Source of the DNA: Bigelowiella natans CCMP2755
Lineage: Eukaryota; Protista; Cercozoa
Direction: 5' to 3'
Assembly (NCBI GenBank): GCA_000320545.1
Contig: ADNK01002519.1
Coordinates: forward strand, 186,001-250,000
DNA length: 64,000 nucleotides
The notes beneath the pieces were generated by a model, which saw nothing but the letters and a program-made list of their open reading frames with translations, had not been told where the DNA came from and did no database searches. Below, piece by piece: positions 13,228 to 22,425 of this stretch. Position numbers and translations under genes: made by a program. The stretch's first letter is position 1. Each line of letters starts with the position of its first letter.

Positions 13228-14076
13228 ATGGAAAATATTTTATTCTAAGTCATCGTTGACATCATCATCATCATCATCACCATCTCCTTCTCTCCTCGCC
13301 TTTAATCATATTCTTGTCTAACCTGTTCCATGATTGTTCTCCCCCCTTGTCCCGGCATCCGCCAAGCCTCTATGACCGTGTTTAAAGCCGCGTAAGATGG
13401 GAAGAAAACTAGCATTCCATGGGGGACCACACGGCTTAGATTCACTAGACTGCCATCGTTCGAAGAAGCAGCAACAGCAGCAAGTAAGATTGAAGAAGAA
13501 TACAAATGAATGGTTAAGTAGCGCGATGGGCAAGAATAGATTCATCCTACATTTCCAATAATAAATAAAATGTCGCAAGACGAAAAGACTACTACTGCCA
13601 CTACGATAGTACCTTATCCCAAGGGCTCGTTGATATTCTCGGCTAGACCGATTTTTATACGTTCCATTTAACTGCGCCCCATTTGGCCCCTTGGACAGAG
13701 CTCCAAGCCAGATCTGGAGGAAAGGTAATAATTCAGATTGGTGGGAGGGGAGGGAGGCTCGATCAGCAACATCACTAGCGTGAGGGTAAGTTCTAATCAC
13801 GCACGTAGGCGAGCAAGCATGAACTTATGTGTGCAAGCTCTCCCATCTTATTACTGTGTTCCTTGTTCATCCTACTTCTTCCATAGTCCCCCCCCCCCCC
13901 CCCCCCTCTCCATAGCCCCCCCCCTCTCCATAGCCCCCCCCCTCTCCATAGGCACAAATCACCTGGTCTGGTTTGACAATATGCGGATTCTCTAGCCGGA
14001 TCTAATCGTTTCAACAACAACAACAACACATTCATCACCATCCTTGCTAATATTTCACCCAGCATTCACACTCAAT

Positions 14077-14115
<39 letters not shown>

Positions 14116-15605
14116 ACTGTATGTTTACTGGAAGCAGGATGAACCTTAAAGGGGATCTTCATATCATAGGCCATAGAATCCATGGGAGATAAGGTCCCGC
14201 TCGTCAGCAAAATGGACCGCACACCGAAGCTACGAAGTGTTTGCATTGCGAGTCCCGAATTGAAGCACCAATAGCTTAGAACCTTCTCAGCTGCAGCTTT
14301 TCCTTGATGGAATGATGCGTCCTCGGATCCAAAAAAGTTAGCAGCCTTTCTCCCCTTACCATCAGTGTGTTTTGGTGGAGATTTAATCCGAACTATGGTC
14401 TTGTAATGCTGGAGCTCCTCGCTGTAGAGATCCTGATTTGTGTCCGGGGGGAACACGATGTTTATCTTGGCGACTAGCTCTTGCAATGCGCACTTCTTTT
14501 TGCTTGAATTAGAGATTTCATTTATAGTCAGAATTAAAGTTGCTGCCTTCATCACTACGTTCGTGAAGATTTCCTTTGACTTGAGAGTGATGCCGATGCT
14601 CTGCAACAGCTGAAACACAAAGGTGCCATCTTTCAGGATGTACCCAGTCCTGGGGACGTCGATGCTTTGAACTTTCTCCTCAAAATCAAGCAGTATTTCC
14701 TTGATTCTAATTAAGTCCGACTCGGAAGGAGCCATATCATGCAAGTCAATACCGGCTAAATTACCCTGAGGGTCTCTAATAGCCTCTAGACACCGCGAGA
14801 TTTCTTTGATACACGCTGCTACGTCGTGTCCTCCTAGGTCGAAGGACACAGCTTCCGCGGCTACCTTTGGAACATTATGAGCCTCGTCAAACACTACAAT
14901 TGAATCCCTAAGATCCAAGTTGAGGGTTGATCGTATCTTTGGATCGATGAGGTAATTGTACGGAAGGAAGACCATATCCGCATTCGTCGCAGTATTTCTT
15001 GTGTAGAAGTATGGACAGACATCCTGCTGGCGACCCATTTCGACAAAATCCTCAATGTCCATAACGCCACCAGAGCAAGCGGATCCGTTTGTGGCCTTGT
15101 CGACGTTGTTGTAAAAATTGCACCCTCTTCGATTTACCAACATTCTGCAAGCATGATTCTGCCTGGTACCTTGCTCCTCTGATATTCGCGGATGGATGCA
15201 CATTTGTTGTCTTGAACCTAATATGCTGATATTGGGCCTATAAATAGTCTTCTTCAGTTCTTTGACAACTTGGGACAGTTGTCCATGTGTCCGAGAAGAG
15301 TACACTACTCGCGCAGCTACTTTAACTTGATTCGGCATCCCTTCGCCGTCGTTCTGCACTCCAAACTTGAGAGCCTTTGCCTGCTTCTGTTGCTCTTCAA
15401 TTTTCTTTTTTTGCAAGTGGTGATGTCGCCATCCAAGAATTGCACAGAGTAGACAAAGGGTTTTCCCTGTCCCTGTGGGACTTTCGAGCAGGGCGTTTTC
15501 GTTCTCTTGCAGTGCTTCGATTACCTTCTCCATGTAAACAAGCTGGCAGTCATAGGGATCGTGAGGAAAATCCACAATGATTCCGCGAATGTTAAGCAAA
15601 GGCAT
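11289..15605 (-). CDS. RTEL1: Regulator of telomere elongation helicase 1 (XPD-family Fe-S helicase), spliced
   Basis: Motifs FPHDPYDCQ, LLESPTGTGKTLCLLC, YSSRTHGQL, Fe-S cysteines (MCIHP, HAC, GC), CPYF, FDEAHN, LTSGTLSP, RLENPH, GMLVFFPSY, AVCRGKSSEGMDF and AVNQAVGRVIRHRFDFGAV. The C-terminal helical segment resembles the RTEL1 harmonin-N-like domain. Confidence 0.92.
13888..13951. repeat. Intronic minisatellite (CCCCCCCCCTCTCCATAG)x3 preceded by poly-C
   Basis: Directly visible in an RTEL1 intron; G-runs lie on the sense (minus) strand. Confidence 0.85.
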
Positions 15606-16042
15606 TTTTGCTTCCTTGTACCCCTTTAAGCCCCCTCACTTTCTCTCTTTCGCTGGACTACTCCTCAGCCTCAGATGATGTGCGCCATTATTCAGATCGT
15701 TGGTGGCGGGAAGGGGTTCCCTCCGCTCTCTGACTCAGAATGAAATAAATGATGTTGTCGAAGGGATGAAAACCCCTCCTTTTTCTATCTAAAAGTCGAG
15801 GTAGTTGGTGTCCAGTCATCGTAGCCATGGGCGGATTTTTACAACCAACCATGTCCATCAGGTCGCAAGCCAAAAAGATGCCCGTTTTCGATCAGTCAGC
15901 TTTCGACTCTTGGCTAGGAATAAATGAACTTGATGATTGGTTTGCAGGGGAATTTTAGACTGCGGTAAGGAAATCAAGGGGAAATGATCTATAAAATTCG
16001 CTGTGGGTGCTCGAATTTTTAGTGCTTGCTCGAATCCGACTA

Positions 16043-19000
16043 ATGGCAAGCACTTCGAGCTGGGAGAGTCCAATGCTTCTCTGTAAACCGAAATTGTGGT
16101 ATAAAGCTACTGTGTAGTCTCGCAACGCCTCTCTACACATGAAGTGCGATGAGAAAGGCCTATGTTACAAAGAATCTAGCTCCCCGCCTACGATAATATT
16201 GGACTGTCTAATTTCATCTACCGCTCAATCTTGCCCGAGCCCTGTTTGTTGCGCGTAAGGTGTTCACAGGCCGAGGCGCTACGTGCACAAGTAGGCAGGG
16301 GGGGGGAAAGGCACGTTTGCTTCCTTTTGAAGAGTTGTGTTTATTTTTATTAAAGATTATATTTTTATTAAATCGTGCACTGCGTAATCATTCGCGAAGC
16401 TTTCGCGAATGCCGCCGCACGTGGGGCAGCACACTTCCGGTGTGCTGCCATGAGTCCCGCCGGAACCCACGTGCCTATGCTGTATTAATATCTACGTTAT
16501 CTATATTCTATATCCGCGACAACCCCTTTGTTGTCGCACGTGACTTGTGCCCGCGTAGTGGTACGCGCTACACCTCCCCCAAGTCACGTTGCTCCTTCCT
16601 TCCTTCCTTATTCCCTTAGACCTTCATCGCTTTCGGAACTTCACCAACCACCAGGTAATAGATTCCTCTCTAACCTTATCTCCTTTGTCGCTTACCCAGA
16701 ACTCACCTTCGTCCTTAGGTTCGTGTCCATACCAGCCCTCTGCATCAAGGTCCCCCAGGACCTTATACCAGTGCTCAAAGGGTAAGTCGGGAACAGCTAG
16801 GTAGAGTAGCTGATATTTTCCGTCCTTTATTTTCATAGCTACCCTCTCCATATTTCGTAATCCAGGGTAGCCTAGATAGACAATCTTCATGCGCCAATCG
16901 TCGTTCACCCTGACCTTATTGTTTCCATATTCCACATCGAACTTAGGTCGGGGTCCTAAACAAGGCATTGCTCGCTCCCACACAGTAGGGTTTACTTTAA
17001 CATCCTCTAGGAGCTTCTCACCGATATCATAATTCTTTAGGTGACTGATGTGGCGCAAGGTGACCCTGTTCCCATCATAGATGTAGTACTGCTTCCTCCC
17101 CTTCCTCTCGGTAACCTTTGCAACGCCACCCCAGAAGGGGTCTTGTTTATTTCTCGATCTCAGATTTACCTTGGCCCTAACATACTGTCCTTCCTTTAGA
17201 ACTCGGCCATCGTACGGGACCTTCTCGTCTTCGCTCTCGGTATCGTCGTCGTTGTCGTCGCCTTCTTCCCTCTCCTTATCCTTGATACCTCCCCCAGACG
17301 TGAAGGTGTCGTTTACTAACCCTTGTATCTTGTCTGGTGTGGTGCTATTTATCCTGCTTAGGTTGGCCAAGGTGCGGTGGAGTCGCTCTACCTTGGAGTT
17401 GGACTGGGCATAGTATACAGGTGAGGCATCAATATTAGGGTGTGGTAGCTGTAGAAGAGAGGTCTCATTATCCACATGTAACTTCTTTGGTATCTTGTTT
17501 ATGCTAACTTCATCAGGGATAGCCTGGAGCTCAGACTCCCAGGTACGGTAGCAGTTAGTAAGCCTCTGCTTATATAAGCCTTTGTTCTTCTTAGCAACGT
17601 TGACCTTGATAATCTTTTTAACCCAGCACTTTCCAGTGGCCACATCAACGAAGGTAAGGTAGTGATAGCCATCGTACTTATAAACATCAATTTGCACGAT
17701 ATCTAAGAAGTTCCTTGCTTTGATTTTCTTAGATGCACGGCTCTTGCTGGACTCCTTGGTGGCGACGCCTGCCGCCTTCAAGCTGGAGCACCTGCAGCCA
17801 CGCAGGTATGTCCTTATCTCTTTTAGCTTGTAGGGCCAGTAGTAATGGTAGAGTAGAGCAGTGATATGGTTTTCTCCTACGTGTGCAGGTCCATGGGCGG
17901 TAAAGAGAAGGGCTCCCCTGGTCCGCCGTGGCACGTAGGTACGCCTAACATTATTAGTGTATACATATATCCTATCACTAAGTACCTCATGCTTGTGTTT
18001 GTATTTATCCAGGTGTTCTTGAAGGTGCTGGAGCTCCTCTGGCTCAGGCAGGAAGTCGCCGTCCTCGAAGGTAATCGCGTTAACCATAGGGGTGACCTGG
18101 GTAGGGACTTTCTTTTCGAACAGCCTGCTGAAATAGTCAGCAAGCTGCTTGTCTCCTGGTGCGTAGACCACTGTCCTCTTGTCCCTAAACTCTTCCGTGT
18201 CCGCCCTCATAGCTGCATACTCATCGTTAGGCGCTTCGAGCTTGCGGTCGATGCCTAGGAGGGGCTTGTGGTCAGTCATTAAGGTGAAGCTGGGCACCGA
18301 CAGCAGGTAGTATCTTAGTTTCCTCTGCGCCTCAGTCATGGCTTTATACTCTCCTTTTGTAGGGCTGTACTTGGCCTCAGCTGCTGTGCAGGCCCTGCCC
18401 CACACCCGTATGATCTGCTGGTCTTGGGTAAGTACAGCAGCCATACCTAGCTAGACCAGTCTGTCCATAGGGTAGCTGGTCTAGTAGTGTCTAGCTTAGC
18501 ATTCAATAGGGTGTTGCTGCATAACTTTATTAGGTTATCGAAGTGGGCATCAAGGCCAGCCTTGGCCCACACCTTAGCGAAGCTGAGGCCTACAGAGTTC
18601 TCCTTCCGGTAAGCAGTAGTAAAAGCAGCTGCAGTCCTAGCGTAGGTAGGGGAGAACCTACGTAGTATACAAGCTGCAGTCTGCAAGAATGACTTTAACT
18701 CCTTTGCATTCTTAGGTGTTAGGGGCGTTGCGTGTAGTGCTGCTACTTTCTCGGGGTTTGGGGTGATGCGGCCTTGCTCCAGGTAATATCCACACCACTT
18801 GATTCTTGTAGCTAGGAATGTACACTTCTGCAGTCTAATAGTAAAACCGAAGTGTGCAAACCTAATAAATATATTTTCCAGGAGGAAGATCTGAGCGACG
18901 ACTGTGTTGGTACATATTATGTCATCATCCACATACACAAACACAAACACCCACAACACAGACGCCATCCCATCATGTGTGTATGCCCTGTAGTTCTGAC

Positions 19001-22000
19001 TACTGAACGCATCCCCTGATATGCTTAGGCCGTAAGGGAATACGACGAAGTGCCACTTCCTGTGCCTGCTGGAGAACGCGGTAATGGGGCGGGAGGTTTT
19101 GTGGATGGGTGTCTGCATGTATGATTCATTTTTATCTAGGGAAGAGTAGTATTTGTATCCTATGACGTGTTCAATAACGTCATCTATCCTTGGTGTAGGT
19201 GTCTGGATCCTCTTTATTACTCGGTTGTGGCGGATGAAGTTGTGCGCCAGGCGGAAGAAAGGGTAAGTAGGTTTCTTAGCTAGCACATGTCTCACGTTCC
19301 ATGGTGAGTTGCTTGGCTCTATCTTCCCTTCCTTTGCCCATTCATTGATCTGCCACTCTATCTTTTCCCAGTCCGCTTCCGGTCGCCTATGTTCTGGGTC
19401 ATTGATGATGCACTCTTCGTATCCCTTCTTTAGCTCGATCTTTACTGGGGTAAGCTTGCTGGAGGGCTTCGTCGTCGGCTTGGTGATGTCAGAGTACTTC
19501 TCGTTTAATATTTTATTAATGTACTTTTTGCCTTTGTCGATATCCCAATCATCAGCTGGGGGGGTCTTGTCCAGTAGCTCCGTTATCTGTCGGATGGTCT
19601 TGCCGGGGTTCTTCTTCCGTAGCTCGGTAGGTGTAGGTAGCTTGTTGTCCGCTAGGTCCATAAACTCTAACGCATTAACGCTTGACTCAGAGGTCCACTC
19701 GTCAAGCCGTATCATGTTCTGGCTGATGGTCCTGCCTGACTTCTTTGGCAACTTAGCAAAGTATATCTTGTGATTGTAGAATGATATGATCCCCCCTAAT
19801 TTTTCTAGGGCATCCTGTCCGAGGAGTAGTTCCATGGATAAAGTCATGGCTACTCGGGTCTTGATTTGGGTCTCCGCGTCGCTGCCAGGTATCTGTAGCT
19901 TTAGCATTAGCTCACCGACGGTCTTCATGGAAGAGCTTCCGTCTGCTTGAGCATATTTACGTTCTTTCTTAGTCACTTGATCCAATAGTCCTAACCTTCT
20001 TACTGTGCTTAGGCTTATGAAGGACTTCGGCATGCTGCCACTATCCCAAAGGGCAGGTAGTTTCTTGTAGTCTCCGTAGCTGTCTTTAACTTTAACCTTG
20101 GTCATAGCAACTTTGATAGTCCTGTTAGCGTCTTCGTCATTAATGTTGCATACTCCTAAGTTCTTTATGTCGTCTAGGGTCATGGGCTTGTCTTGGTCCT
20201 GCGTTGCTGGTACTGCTGTCTTCGTCGGCGCCTGCTTAAGGTGATCTAATATTCCGTTTATCTGCTGCTGTATAGCATTGATACTGTTCTGCTTTTTGTT
20301 CTTATATTTATTGTTCTTCCCGTTGTTGCTGCCTTGCCATTTGCTGTTGTTATATCCTTGTCCTCTGCCTTTCTTTCTCTTTAACTTCTCGTAGTGTTCG
20401 TTGAGCTGCCTGATCGTCATCCTGGGTCGTCCTTCTTTCCTGTCTCTGCAGTCTTTAGCGGTGTGTTTCCCTTTACGTGAGCAGTATCCGCAACGTCGGT
20501 TACATTCCCTGTCCTTGTACCAGTCTCGCTGCGGCTTAATAGCGTTAATGTTTCCTATGCCAGGTACCTTAGGGCTGGTAAACTTGCGGTCCTGCTCCTG
20601 CTCGCGTAGGGATATAGCCTGCACTGCTGCCTCCATCGTGGTGTAGCCTTTCTCCGTAACGTAAGTGGATTCCTTTATCTTTAACTTGAACTCTTCAAAC
20701 CTTGCCTGATCATCACCTGTGTTGTAATTAAAATCATGTAGTTCGTCGATCATATCCTGGAAGCGCGTGGCAAAGTCTCTAACAGGTTCTCTCTCATGCT
20801 GCATCATTGCTCTGTATTTTCTAATAGCCTGGGGTAGGGAGTTAGCATCCTGTTCATTTACAAAAGCCTTCATTATCGCCTCAACGTCTCGTAGCCCACT
20901 AACTGTAGTGTGTATTTTCTCTAGCTGCCTGATCCGGGTCCTGCCTGTCTCGTAAAGGTCCATGGCTTGCTTTATTATAGCTAGCCATTTGAGCTTGTCG
21001 TTTTCGGTGGGGTTAGGGGTAAAGTCGCAGAGTATACTCCTAGCGTTCTTCCACCACCTCCTTGCCTCACCTCTTTTCCCGTTGTATTTCGTTATCATAA
21101 CCGGTGCTGTTTTAACAGACATGAACTGGGTGTTCCGCTGTACCGGCTGCTGCTGCTTGACGGTGCTCTGGGTCGTCCCCCGCGAGGCGCCCAGACCCCC
21201 GTCGTTCCTAAACAAAGCTGCCCACTCTGGAGGTAAGTCTGCTTCGTAATCCATGATGTCCTGCATGATAGCTGCCCAAACATCATGTGTCTGATACTTG
21301 TATTCTATCGATACTTTCAGTTTGGCGTAGTTGCTCGCCCTGGGTCGCAAGGCTCGTAATGCCATTACGACCTTCTTGCTTTCGGCGGCCACGTCCTCGT
21401 CGTCCGCCTCGTAGAAGTTCTCCAGTGCCTCTGCTGCTGCATCTGCTTTCTTAATCCCGGGTGCTGGTCCCGGCGGTGCCTGTGGAGGTGTTCCTCCTCC
21501 TTCCTTAGCGTCCGTATCGCCCTTCCTTTCCTGTTTCTGCTCGTGCCCTTGCACGGCCTGCGAGCCAAAGTCCTGCTGTTCTTCTAGCTGCTGTGACATT
21601 GTTAGTCAAATCGTTTCCCGTGTGTGGAAGCCAAAGGTTGTTGCGCGTAAGGTGTTCACAGGCCGAGGCGCTACGTGCACAAGTAGGCAGGGGGGGGGAA
21701 AGGCACGTTTGCTTCCTTTTGAAGAGTTGTGTTTATTTTTATTAAAGATTATATTTTTATTAAATCGTGCACTGCGTAATCATTCGCGAAGCTTTCGCGA
21801 ATGCCGCCGCACGTGGGGCAGCACACTTCCGGTGTGCTGCCATGAGTCCCGCCGGAACCCACGTGCCTATGCTGTATTAATATCTACGTTATCTATATTC
21901 TATATCCGCGACAACCCCTTTGTTGTCGCACGTGACTTGTGCCCGCGTAGTGGTACGCGCTACATGTTGCCCCCTGGATATGGACAGTTGTAAGGAGTTC

Positions 22001-22425
22001 GGTAGGTATTTCACGACCTGTTATGCATCTATACTATAAGCCTCGCCTGTTTATTCCGCGCAGCATGCCCAGGTTTAATGCCCAATTTCTTGAAAAAGTT
22101 TTCGCGGCCTCAAATCAAACAGGCTATTTTTTGTTACTTTCTTCATGACACCGCCGCCCAGAACCGTAACTTATTAATTAGCATTTAATAGAAACACCTT
22201 TCTCGTAAAGAGAATAGAGTTTCTCAACACGCCGTTGTAGGGTGCCTGGATCTTAAAATTACTGTTCCTATGAGCATAAATTCTTGAAGATCCTGGTAGG
22301 CTTCAATTTTAAACGAATCAAATCATGGAAACGGTAGAACTACACAATTTCAGGAGAGAAATCAGTATTGGGACAGCGAAAATTCTCCCTCGACTCCACT
22401 CCCCATAACAGTGATTGCAATCTAA
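16043..22425 (+). CDS. Hypothetical small spliced host gene whose intron appears to contain the retrotransposon
   Basis: ATG at 16043 and GT/AG-bounded short open segments on both sides of the element (e.g. SRNASLHMKCDEKGLCYK, AIFCYFLHDTAAQN, ERNQYWDSENSPSTPLPITVIAI*). No homology recognised and the phases were not fully reconciled. Confidence 0.3.
16247..16572 (-). repeat. 3' LTR (326 bp)
   Basis: Base-for-base identical to 21639-21964 by eye. Ends are imperfect inverted repeats TGTTGCGCGTA / TACGCGCTACA (10 of 11 match). Confidence 0.97.
16573..16580 (-). other. Polypurine tract (GGGGGAGG) abutting the 3' LTR
   Basis: Plus strand CCTCCCCC immediately follows the LTR end, with a further purine-rich stretch at about 16593-16617. 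Confidence 0.8.
16624..18444 (-). CDS. Retrotransposon Pol C-terminal part: RNase H remainder, integrase (HHCC, DDE core, GPY/F-SH3-like), and a C-terminal adenine-methyltransferase-like domain
   Basis: Motifs AAVLTQ, YSPTKGEYKA, FTLMTDHKPL, LADYFSR; H..H..YYWP..CRC; QIDV, VDNE, QSNSKVER; KEGQYV..DPFWGG..HISHLKNY. Confidence 0.93.
   Translation of the reverse strand: MAAVLTQDQQIIRVWGRACTAAEAKYSPTKGEYKAMTEAQRKLRYYLLSVPSFTLMTDHKPLLGIDRKLEAPNDEYAAMRADTEEFRDKRTVVYAPGDKQLADYFSRLFEKKVPTQVTPMVNAITFEDGDFLPEPEELQHLQEHLDKYKHKHEVLSDRIYVYTNNVRRTYVPRRTRGALLFTAHGPAHVGENHITALLYHYYWPYKLKEIRTYLRGCRCSSLKAAGVATKESSKSRASKKIKARNFLDIVQIDVYKYDGYHYLTFVDVATGKCWVKKIIKVNVAKKNKGLYKQRLTNCYRTWESELQAIPDEVSINKIPKKLHVDNETSLLQLPHPNIDASPVYYAQSNSKVERLHRTLANLSRINSTTPDKIQGLVNDTFTSGGGIKDKEREEGDDNDDDTESEDEKVPYDGRVLKEGQYVRAKVNLRSRNKQDPFWGGVAKVTERKGRKQYYIYDGNRVTLRHISHLKNYDIGEKLLEDVKVNPTVWERAMPCLGPRPKFDVEYGNNKVRVNDDWRMKIVYLGYPGLRNMERVAMKIKDGKYQLLYLAVPDLPFEHWYKVLGDLDAEGWYGHEPKDEGEFWVSDKGDKVREESITWWLVKFRKR
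18447..21599 (-). CDS. Retrotransposon Gag-protease-reverse transcriptase polyprotein, ending in the first RNase H strand
   Basis: 1050-aa ORF with zinc knuckle CGYCSRKGKHTAKDC (20448-20492), protease LWDSGS (about 20043), RT motifs IEPSNSPW, TPRIDD, PYGL and YVDD (18924-18935), and RNase H start LWTDWS. Confidence 0.95.
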   Translation of the reverse strand: MSQQLEEQQDFGSQAVQGHEQKQERKGDTDAKEGGGTPPQAPPGPAPGIKKADAAAEALENFYEADDEDVAAESKKVVMALRALRPRASNYAKLKVSIEYKYQTHDVWAAIMQDIMDYEADLPPEWAALFRNDGGLGASRGTTQSTVKQQQPVQRNTQFMSVKTAPVMITKYNGKRGEARRWWKNARSILCDFTPNPTENDKLKWLAIIKQAMDLYETGRTRIRQLEKIHTTVSGLRDVEAIMKAFVNEQDANSLPQAIRKYRAMMQHEREPVRDFATRFQDMIDELHDFNYNTGDDQARFEEFKLKIKESTYVTEKGYTTMEAAVQAISLREQEQDRKFTSPKVPGIGNINAIKPQRDWYKDRECNRRCGYCSRKGKHTAKDCRDRKEGRPRMTIRQLNEHYEKLKRKKGRGQGYNNSKWQGSNNGKNNKYKNKKQNSINAIQQQINGILDHLKQAPTKTAVPATQDQDKPMTLDDIKNLGVCNINDEDANRTIKVAMTKVKVKDSYGDYKKLPALWDSGSMPKSFISLSTVRRLGLLDQVTKKERKYAQADGSSSMKTVGELMLKLQIPGSDAETQIKTRVAMTLSMELLLGQDALEKLGGIISFYNHKIYFAKLPKKSGRTISQNMIRLDEWTSESSVNALEFMDLADNKLPTPTELRKKNPGKTIRQITELLDKTPPADDWDIDKGKKYINKILNEKYSDITKPTTKPSSKLTPVKIELKKGYEECIINDPEHRRPEADWEKIEWQINEWAKEGKIEPSNSPWNVRHVLAKKPTYPFFRLAHNFIRHNRVIKRIQTPTPRIDDVIEHVIGYKYYSSLDKNESYMQTPIHKTSRPITAFSSRHRKWHFVVFPYGLSISGDAFSSQNYRAYTHDGMASVLWVFVFVYVDDDIICTNTVVAQIFLLENIFIRFAHFGFTIRLQKCTFLATRIKWCGYYLEQGRITPNPEKVAALHATPLTPKNAKELKSFLQTAACILRRFSPTYARTAAAFTTAYRKENSVGLSFAKVWAKAGLDAHFDNLIKLCSNTLLNAKLDTTRPATLWTDWSS
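21616..21633 (-). other. tRNA primer-binding site TGGCTTCCACACACGGGA
   Basis: Starts with TGG 5 nt inside the 5' LTR and is complementary to a tRNA 3' end ...TCCCGTGTGTGGAAGCCA. It resembles tRNA-Glu 3' ends, but identity is not established. Confidence 0.8.
21639..21964 (-). repeat. 5' LTR (326 bp)
   Basis: Identical copy of 16247-16572, followed on the element strand by the PBS and the gag ATG at 21599. Confidence 0.97.

Larger units (their letters stand above)
16247..21964 (-). mobile_element. Full-length Ty3/Gypsy (Metaviridae-like) LTR retrotransposon, 5718 bp
   Basis: Two identical 326-bp LTRs (TG...CA), 4-bp TSD TGTT (16243-16246 and 21965-21968), PBS, PPT, and domain order Gag-PR-RT-RNaseH-IN. 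Confidence 0.97.

Noticed and set aside
16260-16619. Twin plus-strand ORFs MFTGRGATC... at 16260-16619 and 21622-21993
   Set aside because: They are simply the two identical LTRs read antisense, with non-ATG starts and no protein features.
16624-17004. Chromodomain at the integrase C-terminus
   Set aside because: It lacks the chromodomain pattern (Y.VE.I...YLVKW.G...TWE); the terminal WWLVKF alone is insufficient, and the region fits an MTase-like pattern better.
21611-21633. Possible tRNA gene
   Set aside because: Only the 3'-terminal 23 nt including CCA are present, adjacent to the LTR, so it is a PBS.
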